A DNA stretch of 43,732 nt from Candidatus Woesearchaeota archaeon. GTDB taxonomy: Archaea > Nanobdellota > Nanobdellia > CAZCWL01. The notes beneath the pieces were generated by a model. It was given only the letters and a program-made list of their open reading frames with translations, had not been told where the DNA came from and made no database searches. The position numbers and the translations under genes are program-made. Below are positions 8,804 to 17,915 of this stretch, piece after piece; position 1 is the first letter of the stretch; every line of letters begins with the position of its first letter. The stretch spans positions 1 to 43,732 of the forward strand of contig CAZCWL010000002.1 of the NCBI GenBank assembly GCA_964502435.1, in the 5' to 3' direction.

Positions 8804-11800
8804 CGACAACCCCCACCTTTACAATTTTATCTCTTATTTTGTATTCTTTCATGTCTTTTACATTCGCTATTATGATCTCAGAGTTTGTTCTCTTTTCGAT
8901 CATGGACTTAAACTTTCTTACAACAGTGTTTACGTCTGATTGTATTCCAACTGTAATATGCTCATCTTTTCTTAATCCTTTTTCTTTTCTAAGGTCCTGT
9001 ATCCTTCTTACAATCTCTCTAGCATAACCTTCATTTAGTAAATTATCATTTAGTTCTGTGTTTAGTAGTAGTGTGTAATCTTTTGTGCTTAGTGATAACC
9101 AACCTTTTGGAGCCTTGCTTTCTATTATTATATCACTTTTATTTATTACAAACTCATTTCCTTCCTCATTGATCCTTATCTCTCCTTTCTCGATTTCTCT
9201 TATTATTGACTCAGGGCTTATTTCTATTATCTTTCTTGCAACGATTGGGAATTTCTCACCGAATTTTTTGCCTGCTATCTTATAGTCTAACTTAACTTCT
9301 TTTGTTACAAAGTCTGGCTCTTCTTCAGACAGTACAACTGATTTTACATTAGTTTGTTCTGCTACGATGTCAGCGAGCTCGCTGACAGCAGATTTTATGT
9401 GTTTATTAGTTGTTATGATCATGACTTGAGGCATAGGCCATCTTAAGTTGTAATCTGTTTTTTCTCTTAAGGATAGTATGTCCTGAATAAGCTTTCTAGC
9501 CACGGTCATGTTCTCCTCGAGTTCTGTATCTATTTCCTCTGGTTTTACCCAGTCTAACATGTGTACACTCAGCTTCTTTTCTCCAATACATTTCTTTAGT
9601 AGTTGATAACTTGACTCTGAAGTTATTGGAAGGAATGGAGACATCAGAACTAATGCCTTTTTAATTACGTAATCAAGTATGGATAGTACTTCTTGTTTTT
9701 CGTTTTTGTCTCCAATGTAGAGTCTGTCTTTAATAAGTTTCATGTAGAACCTACTGAGGTCCTCAACAAGGAAGTTTATTATCTCCCTACCTGCTTTTGA
9801 TAGGAGATAATTCTCCATGTAATTTGTCATTTTGTCTGCCACATTGTTTATTCTTGACATAATCCATTTATCTTCTGGCCTTCTTGGCTTTGGTTTCTTA
9901 TGCTTATAGTTTTCTATTTCCATGTTCTCAGCTATGAACTTTACAGCATTCTTTATTATTGTTAATAGTCTATGAGCATTTCTTATTTCCTTGTCAACGA
10001 ACTTTATGTCTTCACCTGGTGACTCTTTTATGATGTAATACATTCTTAACGTGTCTGCTGAGTACTTGTTTATTATCTCTTCAGGAGGTATTCCATTGCC
10101 TGAGCTTTTACTCATGCCTCTCCCTTTCTCATCAAGTGTAAATCCATGTGAGTAGACAGTGTCATAAGCTCTTTTTCCATGCGTTATGACAGATAAAGCC
10201 ATTAGTGAGTAGAACCAACCTCTTATCTGATCTTTTCCTTCTATAATTATATCATAAGGTAGTTTGTACTGTTTGTTTGTAGCCCATGGAGCTACACCTG
10301 AGTCTATCCAAACATCCAGTACGTCTGGGATCCTTGTCATTAATTTTCCGCACTTTTCACACTTGACCTTTATTTTGTCTATCTCTGGCTTGTGCGGTTC
10401 TATGCGTTTTTTTGTCGCTTTTTTTAGTTCATTTATACTTCCAAATACTTTTACGTTTCCACATTCACAAGTCCAGATAGGTAAAGGAGTTCCCCAATAC
10501 CTTTGTCTTGATATACACCAATCCTCTATGTTCTGCAACCAGTTTTTGAACCACACTTTTGTTGTACTTGGTATCCACTTGACCTTTTCATTCTCTTTTA
10601 ACATCTCTTCTTTGTACTTTTTTACTTTGAGGAACCATTGTTCAGTTGCTCTGAATATTATTGGAGACTTGCACCGTTCACAGAACGGATAATCATGTTT
10701 AACAGGATTTTCCATTAGTAGGGCATTGTGTTTCTTTAGGTCAGATATAATTAGATTCTCTGTTTCTTCTGATTTTGTGTACATGCCTGTGTACTTTCCG
10801 GCATCTATTTCGTATCTCCCATCTGCTGATATTGGTGAAAAGATAGGTAGTTTTTCCTTTTTTCCTACTGTGAAGTCTTCTGGCCCACATCCAGGCGCGC
10901 AGTGGACTAAACCTGTTCCTGCGTCCAGAGACACATACTCTTTAGAGAGTACTATTCTATGAGCGTTTTTGAATTCTGTTTGCTTTGGAACCTCTTCTAA
11001 TAGAGGGAATATGTACTCTTTACCTTCTAGTTCTTTTCCTGTGAATTTTTCCACAATTTCAAATGACTTCCCAACCAAACCCATTACTGCTCCAACCAAA
11101 CCTTCAGCAATTATGTAATACTCATCTCCTACCTTTGCCTTTACATACGTTAGATCTGGATTTACCATTATTGCTTCGTTTAGTGGTATGGTCCACGGTG
11201 TTGTTGTCCATACTATGTAGTATGTGTTAGGATCCTCTTTTGATCTCATCTTCACGAATATTGAATTTTCTTCTATTTCTTTGTAGAATATGTTACTCTT
11301 AGCCAGTGCTGTACCACAGACAGGGCACCATTCTATAACCTTTAAGTCCTTGTATAGTAATTTTTTATCATAAACATTTTTTACCATCCACCATACTCCA
11401 TCTATGTACTCATCTGAGAATGTGTAGTATGGGTTTTCCCAGTCCATCCATACTCCAAGTCTTTTGAAGTCCTCTGTCATTGATTTTATGTTCTCTTTTG
11501 CTAATTTTTTACACTCAGAGATGAATTTCTCTGCTCCGTATTCTTCTATTTCTCTTTTGTTTTTGATACCTAACTTCTTTTCAGTTGCTTTTTCTATTGG
11601 TAGCCCATGCGTGTCAAATCCAGGGCGATCGTTTACGTTGAAGCCATTCATTCTTTTGTACCTTAGAACTATGTCTTTGAATGTCCTATTCCAGGCATGC
11701 CCTAGGTGTATTTTACCATTGGCGTATGGAGGACCATCTAAGAATGTGAACTGTTTCTTATTTTTTAACGAATTTTTCACTTTTTTGTATACTTTTTTCT

Positions 11801-11837
11801 TGTCCCAGAACTCTAAAACTTGTTCTTCAGATAGCAT
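8790..11837 (-). CDS. ileS: isoleucyl-tRNA synthetase
   Basis: 1015 aa class I aaRS. PPYANGKIHLGHAWN (HIGH region), GMSKSSGN (KMSKS-like), Cys-pair zinc motifs, CP1 editing insertion. The length and N-terminal motif fit archaeal IleRS rather than ValRS or LeuRS. Confidence 0.9.
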   Translation of the reverse strand: MLSEEQVLEFWDKKKVYKKVKNSLKNKKQFTFLDGPPYANGKIHLGHAWNRTFKDIVLRYKRMNGFNVNDRPGFDTHGLPIEKATEKKLGIKNKREIEEYGAEKFISECKKLAKENIKSMTEDFKRLGVWMDWENPYYTFSDEYIDGVWWMVKNVYDKKLLYKDLKVIEWCPVCGTALAKSNIFYKEIEENSIFVKMRSKEDPNTYYIVWTTTPWTIPLNEAIMVNPDLTYVKAKVGDEYYIIAEGLVGAVMGLVGKSFEIVEKFTGKELEGKEYIFPLLEEVPKQTEFKNAHRIVLSKEYVSLDAGTGLVHCAPGCGPEDFTVGKKEKLPIFSPISADGRYEIDAGKYTGMYTKSEETENLIISDLKKHNALLMENPVKHDYPFCERCKSPIIFRATEQWFLKVKKYKEEMLKENEKVKWIPSTTKVWFKNWLQNIEDWCISRQRYWGTPLPIWTCECGNVKVFGSINELKKATKKRIEPHKPEIDKIKVKCEKCGKLMTRIPDVLDVWIDSGVAPWATNKQYKLPYDIIIEGKDQIRGWFYSLMALSVITHGKRAYDTVYSHGFTLDEKGRGMSKSSGNGIPPEEIINKYSADTLRMYYIIKESPGEDIKFVDKEIRNAHRLLTIIKNAVKFIAENMEIENYKHKKPKPRRPEDKWIMSRINNVADKMTNYMENYLLSKAGREIINFLVEDLSRFYMKLIKDRLYIGDKNEKQEVLSILDYVIKKALVLMSPFLPITSESSYQLLKKCIGEKKLSVHMLDWVKPEEIDTELEENMTVARKLIQDILSLREKTDYNLRWPMPQVMIITTNKHIKSAVSELADIVAEQTNVKSVVLSEEEPDFVTKEVKLDYKIAGKKFGEKFPIVARKIIEISPESIIREIEKGEIRINEEGNEFVINKSDIIIESKAPKGWLSLSTKDYTLLLNTELNDNLLNEGYAREIVRRIQDLRKEKGLRKDEHITVGIQSDVNTVVRKFKSMIEKRTNSEIIIANVKDMKEYKIRDKIVKVGVVDGKH

Positions 11838-11858
11838 AATCCCTTTATAAAGGGTCTA

Positions 11859-11866
11859 TTTATAAA
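11859..11866 (-). promoter_or_regulatory. candidate TATA box (TTTATAAA) for a leaderless ileS transcript
   Basis: A palindromic TTTATAAA is centred about 26 nt upstream of the ileS ATG (11837). A second copy lies inside the perfect 14-nt palindrome CCCTTTATAAAGGG at 11841-11854. Confidence 0.4.
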
Positions 11867-11921
11867 TGTTTTGGTTTAATTCGTTCATAAAGGATAAAAA
11901 CATTGTTGTTTTTGGTTTGGT

Positions 11922-12473
11922 ATGGATATTGAGTCTAGGCTTAGGAGTTTTAAACGTAGTGATCCAGTACTTGAATTCGTTTTTTGCTTACTTACTCCGC
12001 AATCTAAAGCAAAAGTATGTTGGAATGCTGTACTAGCATTAAAAAAACATAATCTCATATACAAGGGTTCTGCGTCACAGGTTGTTAGATACTTATCTGG
12101 TGTAAGGTTTAAGCATAGAAAAGCTAAATATATTGTAGAGGCTAGGAAACATTTTGATTACGTTAAGAACATACGACGCAAGGATCCTTTTATTGCAAGG
12201 GAATGGCTTGTAAAACATGTTAAGGGCATGGGATACAAGGAGGCTAGTCACTTCCTAAGGAATGTTGGATTTAAGGGATTAGCCATACTTGATAGGCATA
12301 TCCTCAACACTCTTGTTGAGTTAGGTGTTATTAGTGAGATACCTAGTTTAACAAGAAAGAATTATTTGCTTATAGAACAGAAGTTTAAAGACTATGCGAA
12401 GAAGAACAACACAACAATTGATTATTTGGATCTCTTGTTCTGGAGCAGAAAGACTGGTTATGTGTTCAAGTAG
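11922..12473 (+). CDS. ogg: N-glycosylase/DNA lyase, Ogg2-type 8-oxoguanine glycosylase (HhH-GPD)
   Basis: 183 aa. The segment GMGYKEASHFLRNVGFKGLAILDRHIL is the HhH plus catalytic K...D region I associate with archaeal Ogg2 (MJ0724-like). Confidence 0.7.
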   Translation: MDIESRLRSFKRSDPVLEFVFCLLTPQSKAKVCWNAVLALKKHNLIYKGSASQVVRYLSGVRFKHRKAKYIVEARKHFDYVKNIRRKDPFIAREWLVKHVKGMGYKEASHFLRNVGFKGLAILDRHILNTLVELGVISEIPSLTRKNYLLIEQKFKDYAKKNNTTIDYLDLLFWSRKTGYVFK

Positions 12474-12513
12474 AATCGAAACATTAATAATCTACGCATG
12501 CAAATAACAACGC

Positions 12514-13458
12514 ATGGAAGTGTGGACTGAGAAATACAGGCCAAAAAAGTTAAGTGAGGTTATTGGCCAGAAGCATGTTACTTCAGTTTTAAAGAAATTT
12601 GTTAAAGAGGGAACTATACCTCATTTGCTTTTCTCTGGTCCTGCAGGGGTTGGTAAGACAACCTGTGCTTTAGCATTGGCGCATGAGTTATTTGGAAAGA
12701 ACTGGAAACAGAACTTTCTCGAGCTAAACGCATCTGATGATAGAGGCATAGACACGATACGAAGCAAGGTTAAGGATTTTGCCAGGACAAGGCCTATTGG
12801 TGCAGGGTTTAAGATTATCCTGTTAGATGAGGCTGATGCTTTAACCAGAGATGCTCAGCAAGCTTTGAGAAGGACCATGGAAAACTATTCTGAGACGTGT
12901 AGGTTTATTCTGGACTGCAACTACGTTTCAAAGATTATTGACCCTATTCAGTCCAGATGTGCTATACTGAGGTTTAAGCCATTAGAAAAGGAAGATGTGG
13001 TTGAGTATTTGCGTGAGATAGCAAAGAAGGAGAAGTTAAAGGTAGAAAAGAATGCCTTAGAAGCTATATACGATGTTACAAAAGGAGATATGCGTAGGGC
13101 TATTAATATCCTACAAGCATGCTCTGTTGATAAAGAAGTTACTATAAAGAGAGTTTACAGTTTGGCAGCCCTTGTTGATCCTAAGGAATTAGAGAAAGTT
13201 ATAAAGGACGCTCTTGGTTTTAAAATTGTTCAAGCTAGGGATCGGTTATTTGACTTGATGGTTAAACATGGTCTATCTGGTTTTGATGTGGTTAAGCAGA
13301 TGGTTCAAGTGATATGGAACATGGAGATAGATGATGTTAAAAAGGTGAGTATGATTGATGCTGTTGGAGAGTTTGAGTTTAGAATGGTTGAAGGCTCTGA
13401 TGAATATCTCCAGCTTGAAGCATTACTTGCAAGGTTTGCTAAGATAGGTGGGGAGTGA
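12514..13458 (+). CDS. rfcS: replication factor C small subunit
   Basis: 314 aa. WTEKYRP N-terminus, Walker A GPAGVGKTT, LDEADAL, SRC motif QSRCAILRF. No intein. Confidence 0.93.
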   Translation: MEVWTEKYRPKKLSEVIGQKHVTSVLKKFVKEGTIPHLLFSGPAGVGKTTCALALAHELFGKNWKQNFLELNASDDRGIDTIRSKVKDFARTRPIGAGFKIILLDEADALTRDAQQALRRTMENYSETCRFILDCNYVSKIIDPIQSRCAILRFKPLEKEDVVEYLREIAKKEKLKVEKNALEAIYDVTKGDMRRAINILQACSVDKEVTIKRVYSLAALVDPKELEKVIKDALGFKIVQARDRLFDLMVKHGLSGFDVVKQMVQVIWNMEIDDVKKVSMIDAVGEFEFRMVEGSDEYLQLEALLARFAKIGGE

Positions 13459-14591
13459 TGCTCCTTCTTAAGTACAGGCCAAGAACAGTGAAGGACATAG
13501 TTGGTCAACAGTCTGCTGTTAGTAAGTTAGTGTTTGCAGTGAGGCATCATAAGCCAGGTAAAGGAATATTCCTTTACGGCCCTACTGGTGTGGGGAAGAC
13601 TTCTAGTGTTTATGCCCTTGCTAATGACTTAGGTTATGAGGTTGTTAACATGGATGCTTCGGACTTGAGAAGTGCTGATCAGATAAATAAGATTATTGGA
13701 TCTTCGTCTAGACAGGCTAGTCTTTTTGGGAAAGGGAAGATATTACTCATAGACGAGTTGGAAGGCTTCTCTAGGAATGATAGAGGTGGAATAAGTGCTG
13801 TTGTTAAGGTTATTAAGCAGTCCAGATTTCCTGTTGTGGTTATAGCGAATGATGTGTGGAATAGGAAGTTTTATCCTCTTAAGCAAGTTTGCACTACTAT
13901 CGAGTTTAGGAGATTGAACAAATTAACAGTGAAGGCTTTTCTATCACGAGTTGTTAAACGTGAGAGGTTAAATGTTAGTGCTGAGCAGATAGAAAAGATT
14001 TCAGAGTCGTGCAATGGTGATTTAAGGGCTGCACTTCTTGATTTGGATTTAATTGCTAGAGGTTACAAGGAGGACATTATCAGATTAACAGAGCGTTCTG
14101 TCTTTGATGCATTGAAGAATGTCTTCCGTGCTGAGAATCCTTTTGATGCTAAAGTAGCGTTTGATCGCATATCTTTAGATTACTCTCAGATGTTATTGTG
14201 GGTTGGAGACAATGTTCCTATTGAGTATAGTGACATAGAAGAGGTTAGTACTGCAATGAACTTTGTCTCAAGGGCTGATGTGTTCTTAGGAAGGGTTGTG
14301 AGGCGTCAGTATTGGAGGTTTTTGGACTATGTTTATCTTTTAGGTCTGGTTGGGGTTGCTGCGTCTAGAGCTAGAGTGCATAAAGGTTTTAGAAGGTATG
14401 TAAGACCAGTTAAACTAGTTAAGCTTGGGTCTACTAGATTTAGTAGAGCTGCTGATAAGGAGATTGCTGAGAGGTTTGCTAAGTTCTGCCATACATCTGT
14501 TAGGCATGCTATGTCTTATGTTTATATGTATAATCATATAAAATCCAAGAGTAAGAAGAAGGCTGAGGAGCTACTAAGGAACATCTCCTGA
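13458..14591 (+). CDS. rfcL: replication factor C large subunit (short form)
   Basis: KYRP N-terminus, Walker A GPTGVGKTS, IDELEG box. The ATG at 13458 overlaps the rfcS TGA. About 377 aa, shorter than the archaeal RfcL proteins I remember. Confidence 0.85.
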   Translation: MLLLKYRPRTVKDIVGQQSAVSKLVFAVRHHKPGKGIFLYGPTGVGKTSSVYALANDLGYEVVNMDASDLRSADQINKIIGSSSRQASLFGKGKILLIDELEGFSRNDRGGISAVVKVIKQSRFPVVVIANDVWNRKFYPLKQVCTTIEFRRLNKLTVKAFLSRVVKRERLNVSAEQIEKISESCNGDLRAALLDLDLIARGYKEDIIRLTERSVFDALKNVFRAENPFDAKVAFDRISLDYSQMLLWVGDNVPIEYSDIEEVSTAMNFVSRADVFLGRVVRRQYWRFLDYVYLLGLVGVAASRARVHKGFRRYVRPVKLVKLGSTRFSRAADKEIAERFAKFCHTSVRHAMSYVYMYNHIKSKSKKKAEELLRNIS

Positions 14592-17500
14592 TACGTAGTA
14601 GTTTGCTGAGGCAAGTGTGAATTTTGCTTTTGGAGTTCTGTATGATATGTCTGGATCTATGGCTAAGTTCCAATCATCTCCTACGTAGAGCCATACTGGT
14701 CCAGAACCATTATAGTACATGTAATACTTTGATAGTTCGTATTCGTTGAGATTGTGCGTTCTTGATATCATTTCTGCTACATACTTTTCGTTTCTTTTTC
14801 CTGCATAGGTATAGTCATAGTCTGACCATAGCTGTGTTTTGTTTAGTGTCCATGTTTTTATTCGGATTGGGAAGATGCTTATTAATCCTTCTGATTCGTT
14901 TTCTGCTGTTCCATGGCCTTTCCAGTACGTTTCACTGTAACCTTCGCATTCTACTTTCCATAATGGCCCAAATTTTGTTACGTTGTTTGGCTCGATTTTT
15001 ATTACTGGAGAATAAGCGTAGACAGTTATGTTGTAATAAGCAGGGCCTGCTGTTGCGTTTATTACTGCTTTTAGTGTGTGGTTTTCTATCACTGTTACGT
15101 TATCAAACTGGTAGTACTGTGTTCCATTTGGTATCTCTGTTAACCACCACCATCCTATGTCGAATCCAAATATGCTTAGTAAAGAGTACCAGTTGTGGTT
15201 ACATCCTGTTGGGGAGAAGTAAGGCAAGTCATCTCCTTCACCAAGATACCATGTGTAGTATGAGTTTGTTATGTTTCTTGCTGTTGTGTTAACGTAGAGG
15301 TCTGTTTCAAGTGTTTTGTTTGTGGTGGTGTTAACATTGAAGTAAAGGTACAGAGTTGCTGTTTCTTTTCCAGCGATTGTGTCTATGAATAGTATCTCAG
15401 ACTTGTTCCCATATTGATTTAGCACTTCTACAGGTATGTTGTATCCTTTGTACAATAGGACAGTTGAGTTTGGATCTACATACGTATCTGTTGTGACATT
15501 TACTTCAACTGGCCACAAGTAAACAAACTCCGTGTTTCTTAGGATCAGTTTTGTTCTGTACTGTCTGGCAGGTATGTTTCCTAGGTACTTTTCTTCGTAG
15601 CTTAATTCTGCGGTTGGGTCGTCATTTGCTACTATAACATTGTACACTCCACTCATGTTTCTTAGTACTCCATTGTATAGTTCTCTTACCTCTTCATCTG
15701 TTAAGCTTCTATTGAAGATGTAAACTTCGTCTATCTCTCCGTCAAATGGACGCGAGGATGGGTTAGCGTCTCCGATGCGTAGAGCTGTTGTTGTATCCTG
15801 TATCCCATTCCACACTTTTGTATGTTCTGTAATCATTACTCCATTTTTGTAAATTTTTAACTTGTTGCCTGATGTGTCTATTACCACAGCGAAGTTGTTC
15901 CACTCACTCTGATTTAAACTACCGCTTGGTGCTCCTATCCCATGTTGAGTTGACCCATCATATGTTAGTGTAGAAATTGTGTCTATGTTTCCTTGCCCTT
16001 CATCTGCAAATCCTCCAACTTCTTCATCTCTCCATATTATTAATGGTTGACTGGTACCATGAGAGCCTTTTGTTATGATGTCTAAATCCTTAGTGAGGTT
16101 GTTTACATTTATCCAAAATACAAAAGATGCGTTTCCTAACTCAATGCTGTTTATGTCAGTTGTTTCTACATAGTTGTTGACTCCATTGAATCTTAGGGAT
16201 TTTCCAAATACTCCCTCTGTCCAAGTTGCACCGTATATTGTCCCGTCATTTTGGTTTGGGCTGCTGTCGTGTAAGGTATCTCCCTCTCCTTCATCAAAAC
16301 TCCATAGAGCAGCTATCCCTGTCACATTGAATAACTTAAACACTTGAGAACCGTTTGATTCTGAAGCGATGTTAGGATTGCCATTGGTGTATAGTTCTCT
16401 TACCTCTTCATCTGTTAGGCTTCTATTGAAGATGTAAACTTCGTCTATTGTGCCGTTAAATCTGTCATAGTTTCCATAGTAACTTTCACTGCTTATGTAC
16501 ACGTACCTATTTAATATTGGTGCTACATCGTATGATGAGGTTTCGTAGTAAAGTTCACCATTTACATAGATCTTGATGCTGTCATTGAACTTATGCACTA
16601 CTACAACATGAGTCCATCTGTTGTTAAGGTTTAAGCTAGACGGCCCTGTTATGTATTTTCTTCCACCTGTTATGTCTGTGTATTCGTACCTTAGTGAGGA
16701 AAAGTCGTTTAGGTACAACATTGCAACTCCACTGGATTGAGAACCAGAGGTTGGACCAATCCTTATCAAACCATTGTCATCCCATATGCTGTCTGGGTAG
16801 AACCACACAGACAGTGTTAACCCATTGGTTATGTTTACTGGACCAGACTTTGCGTATCCAGATGATCCGTTAAAGTGTATACCATACTTTATCTTTCCGT
16901 ATACAAATTCTCCTCCATAGTTTGTTGCATCATAGTTTCCTTCACTGTCCTCTGTGTTGTTATCAAATCTGTAGTGGATTATTGGATGCATTTCTGGTAA
17001 ACTTCCATGGTAGATGTAGAATGTGTTTTCTCCTGCTGATAAGTTTGCCTTGAACCACACAATACTTTCTCCAGAAGAGTTCCACTTCTCTATCCAGTAT
17101 GGCAATTCAGACTTTCCATAATAAAATCGTATGTCTGATCCATCTATCTTAGCGTGGTTGTAGTCAAAGTTTGTGTTGTTTAGTGTTAACTTTACTTGGT
17201 AATTATCCACGCTCTGAGCTGATCTAACATTTATTTTTGTGCGATAGTAAGTGTGGTAATAATACCAATCTTCTTGGTTGTTGAATTTTTCTACATTTAT
17301 CTTCTGGCCATAGTCGTATGTTTCTATTCTGCAGTTTTTTTCTTCAGCAAATAATTTTACTGCTTTTTCTCTTGCTTTTATGTAGTCTGCTAACCATTCT
17401 ATTCTGTATTCTTTTAGCAGATTGTGATCTGTGCCTGGTGTTATAGTGTAGTTTTTCTTTTCGTATATGCTATACCCCTCTTTGCTAAAATAGATGTAGT

Positions 17501-17915
17501 AATTGGTAGTACTGTCTGCTTTTATGTAGTCATTAAACTGAATTATCATTCTTCTGTTACTCATATCTTCCCATCCGTATGAGAAGGGTATCTCTTTTGT
17601 ACCTTTGTACAATCTTATGGAGTTTATATCTGTGTTATCAGGTAGGTCTATGGTGTCTGTGACAAAACAGTTGTAACAGTCTTCTCCTTCATTTTCTTTT
17701 ACAGTAAAGACTACTCTTGCTTCGTAGTCTGTTTGCCATGTAGGGTCATTATAAACACTTTCTAAGTACGATAACACAGACATCACGTTATCGTACTGGG
17801 ACTCCTCTAGATCCAGATTTATGGTTAGTTCAGAAGGTATGCTCAAATAACCGATTATGGCTATTACTACAGCTACGAGAATTATTCCAGACACGATGAA
17901 AAATTGGCCTTTCAT
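14574..17915 (-). CDS. giant prepilin-signal surface protein with DUF2341-like modules and two LamG (concanavalin A-like lectin) domains
   Basis: The track start at 17927 is GTG. An ATG at 17915 overlaps the upstream TGA and gives MKG|QFFIVSGIILVAVVIAIIGYL, a class III signal. DUF2341-like: YRTKINV...NYQVKLTL...DGSDIRFYYGKSELPYWIEKWN...IVWFKANLSAGENTFYIYHG. Two LamG_3-like domains each end in F(N/D)G(T/E)IDEVYIFNRSLTDEEVRELY. There are many N-x-S/T sequons. Confidence 0.8.
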   Translation of the reverse strand: MKGQFFIVSGIILVAVVIAIIGYLSIPSELTINLDLEESQYDNVMSVLSYLESVYNDPTWQTDYEARVVFTVKENEGEDCYNCFVTDTIDLPDNTDINSIRLYKGTKEIPFSYGWEDMSNRRMIIQFNDYIKADSTTNYYIYFSKEGYSIYEKKNYTITPGTDHNLLKEYRIEWLADYIKAREKAVKLFAEEKNCRIETYDYGQKINVEKFNNQEDWYYYHTYYRTKINVRSAQSVDNYQVKLTLNNTNFDYNHAKIDGSDIRFYYGKSELPYWIEKWNSSGESIVWFKANLSAGENTFYIYHGSLPEMHPIIHYRFDNNTEDSEGNYDATNYGGEFVYGKIKYGIHFNGSSGYAKSGPVNITNGLTLSVWFYPDSIWDDNGLIRIGPTSGSQSSGVAMLYLNDFSSLRYEYTDITGGRKYITGPSSLNLNNRWTHVVVVHKFNDSIKIYVNGELYYETSSYDVAPILNRYVYISSESYYGNYDRFNGTIDEVYIFNRSLTDEEVRELYTNGNPNIASESNGSQVFKLFNVTGIAALWSFDEGEGDTLHDSSPNQNDGTIYGATWTEGVFGKSLRFNGVNNYVETTDINSIELGNASFVFWINVNNLTKDLDIITKGSHGTSQPLIIWRDEEVGGFADEGQGNIDTISTLTYDGSTQHGIGAPSGSLNQSEWNNFAVVIDTSGNKLKIYKNGVMITEHTKVWNGIQDTTTALRIGDANPSSRPFDGEIDEVYIFNRSLTDEEVRELYNGVLRNMSGVYNVIVANDDPTAELSYEEKYLGNIPARQYRTKLILRNTEFVYLWPVEVNVTTDTYVDPNSTVLLYKGYNIPVEVLNQYGNKSEILFIDTIAGKETATLYLYFNVNTTTNKTLETDLYVNTTARNITNSYYTWYLGEGDDLPYFSPTGCNHNWYSLLSIFGFDIGWWWLTEIPNGTQYYQFDNVTVIENHTLKAVINATAGPAYYNITVYAYSPVIKIEPNNVTKFGPLWKVECEGYSETYWKGHGTAENESEGLISIFPIRIKTWTLNKTQLWSDYDYTYAGKRNEKYVAEMISRTHNLNEYELSKYYMYYNGSGPVWLYVGDDWNLAIDPDISYRTPKAKFTLASANYYVSGDVP
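15675..15734. repeat. 60-nt intragenic direct repeat, copy 1 (C-terminal LamG domain)
   Basis: gtatagttctcttacctcttcatctgttaagcttctattgaagatgtaaacttcgtctat matches 16389-16448 at 59 of 60 positions, and the one difference is synonymous (TTA/CTA Leu). The copies are 714 nt apart, which keeps the reading frame. Confidence 0.9.
16389..16448. repeat. 60-nt intragenic direct repeat, copy 2 (N-terminal LamG domain)
   Basis: See copy 1. The flanking sequence on both sides diverges immediately. Confidence 0.9.

Noticed and set aside
8400-8939. 179-aa plus-strand ORF spanning tbp and the ileS 3' end. Similar shadows lie inside ileS at 8797-9027, 9085-9285, 10264-10692, 10726-10962 and 11464-11850.
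   Set aside because: It is antisense to two motif-verified genes and crosses their junction. The composition is that of a shadow ORF.
14762-15292. 176-aa plus-strand ORF antisense to the giant LamG protein. Analogous ORFs at 18628-18855, 18834-19079 and 19266-19595, and the minus-strand out-of-frame ORF 19039-19251, lie within the 623-aa gene.
   Set aside because: L/C/F/R-rich low-complexity translation. The sense-strand frame encodes recognisable LamG and DUF2341 motifs and sits in an overlapping operon chain.
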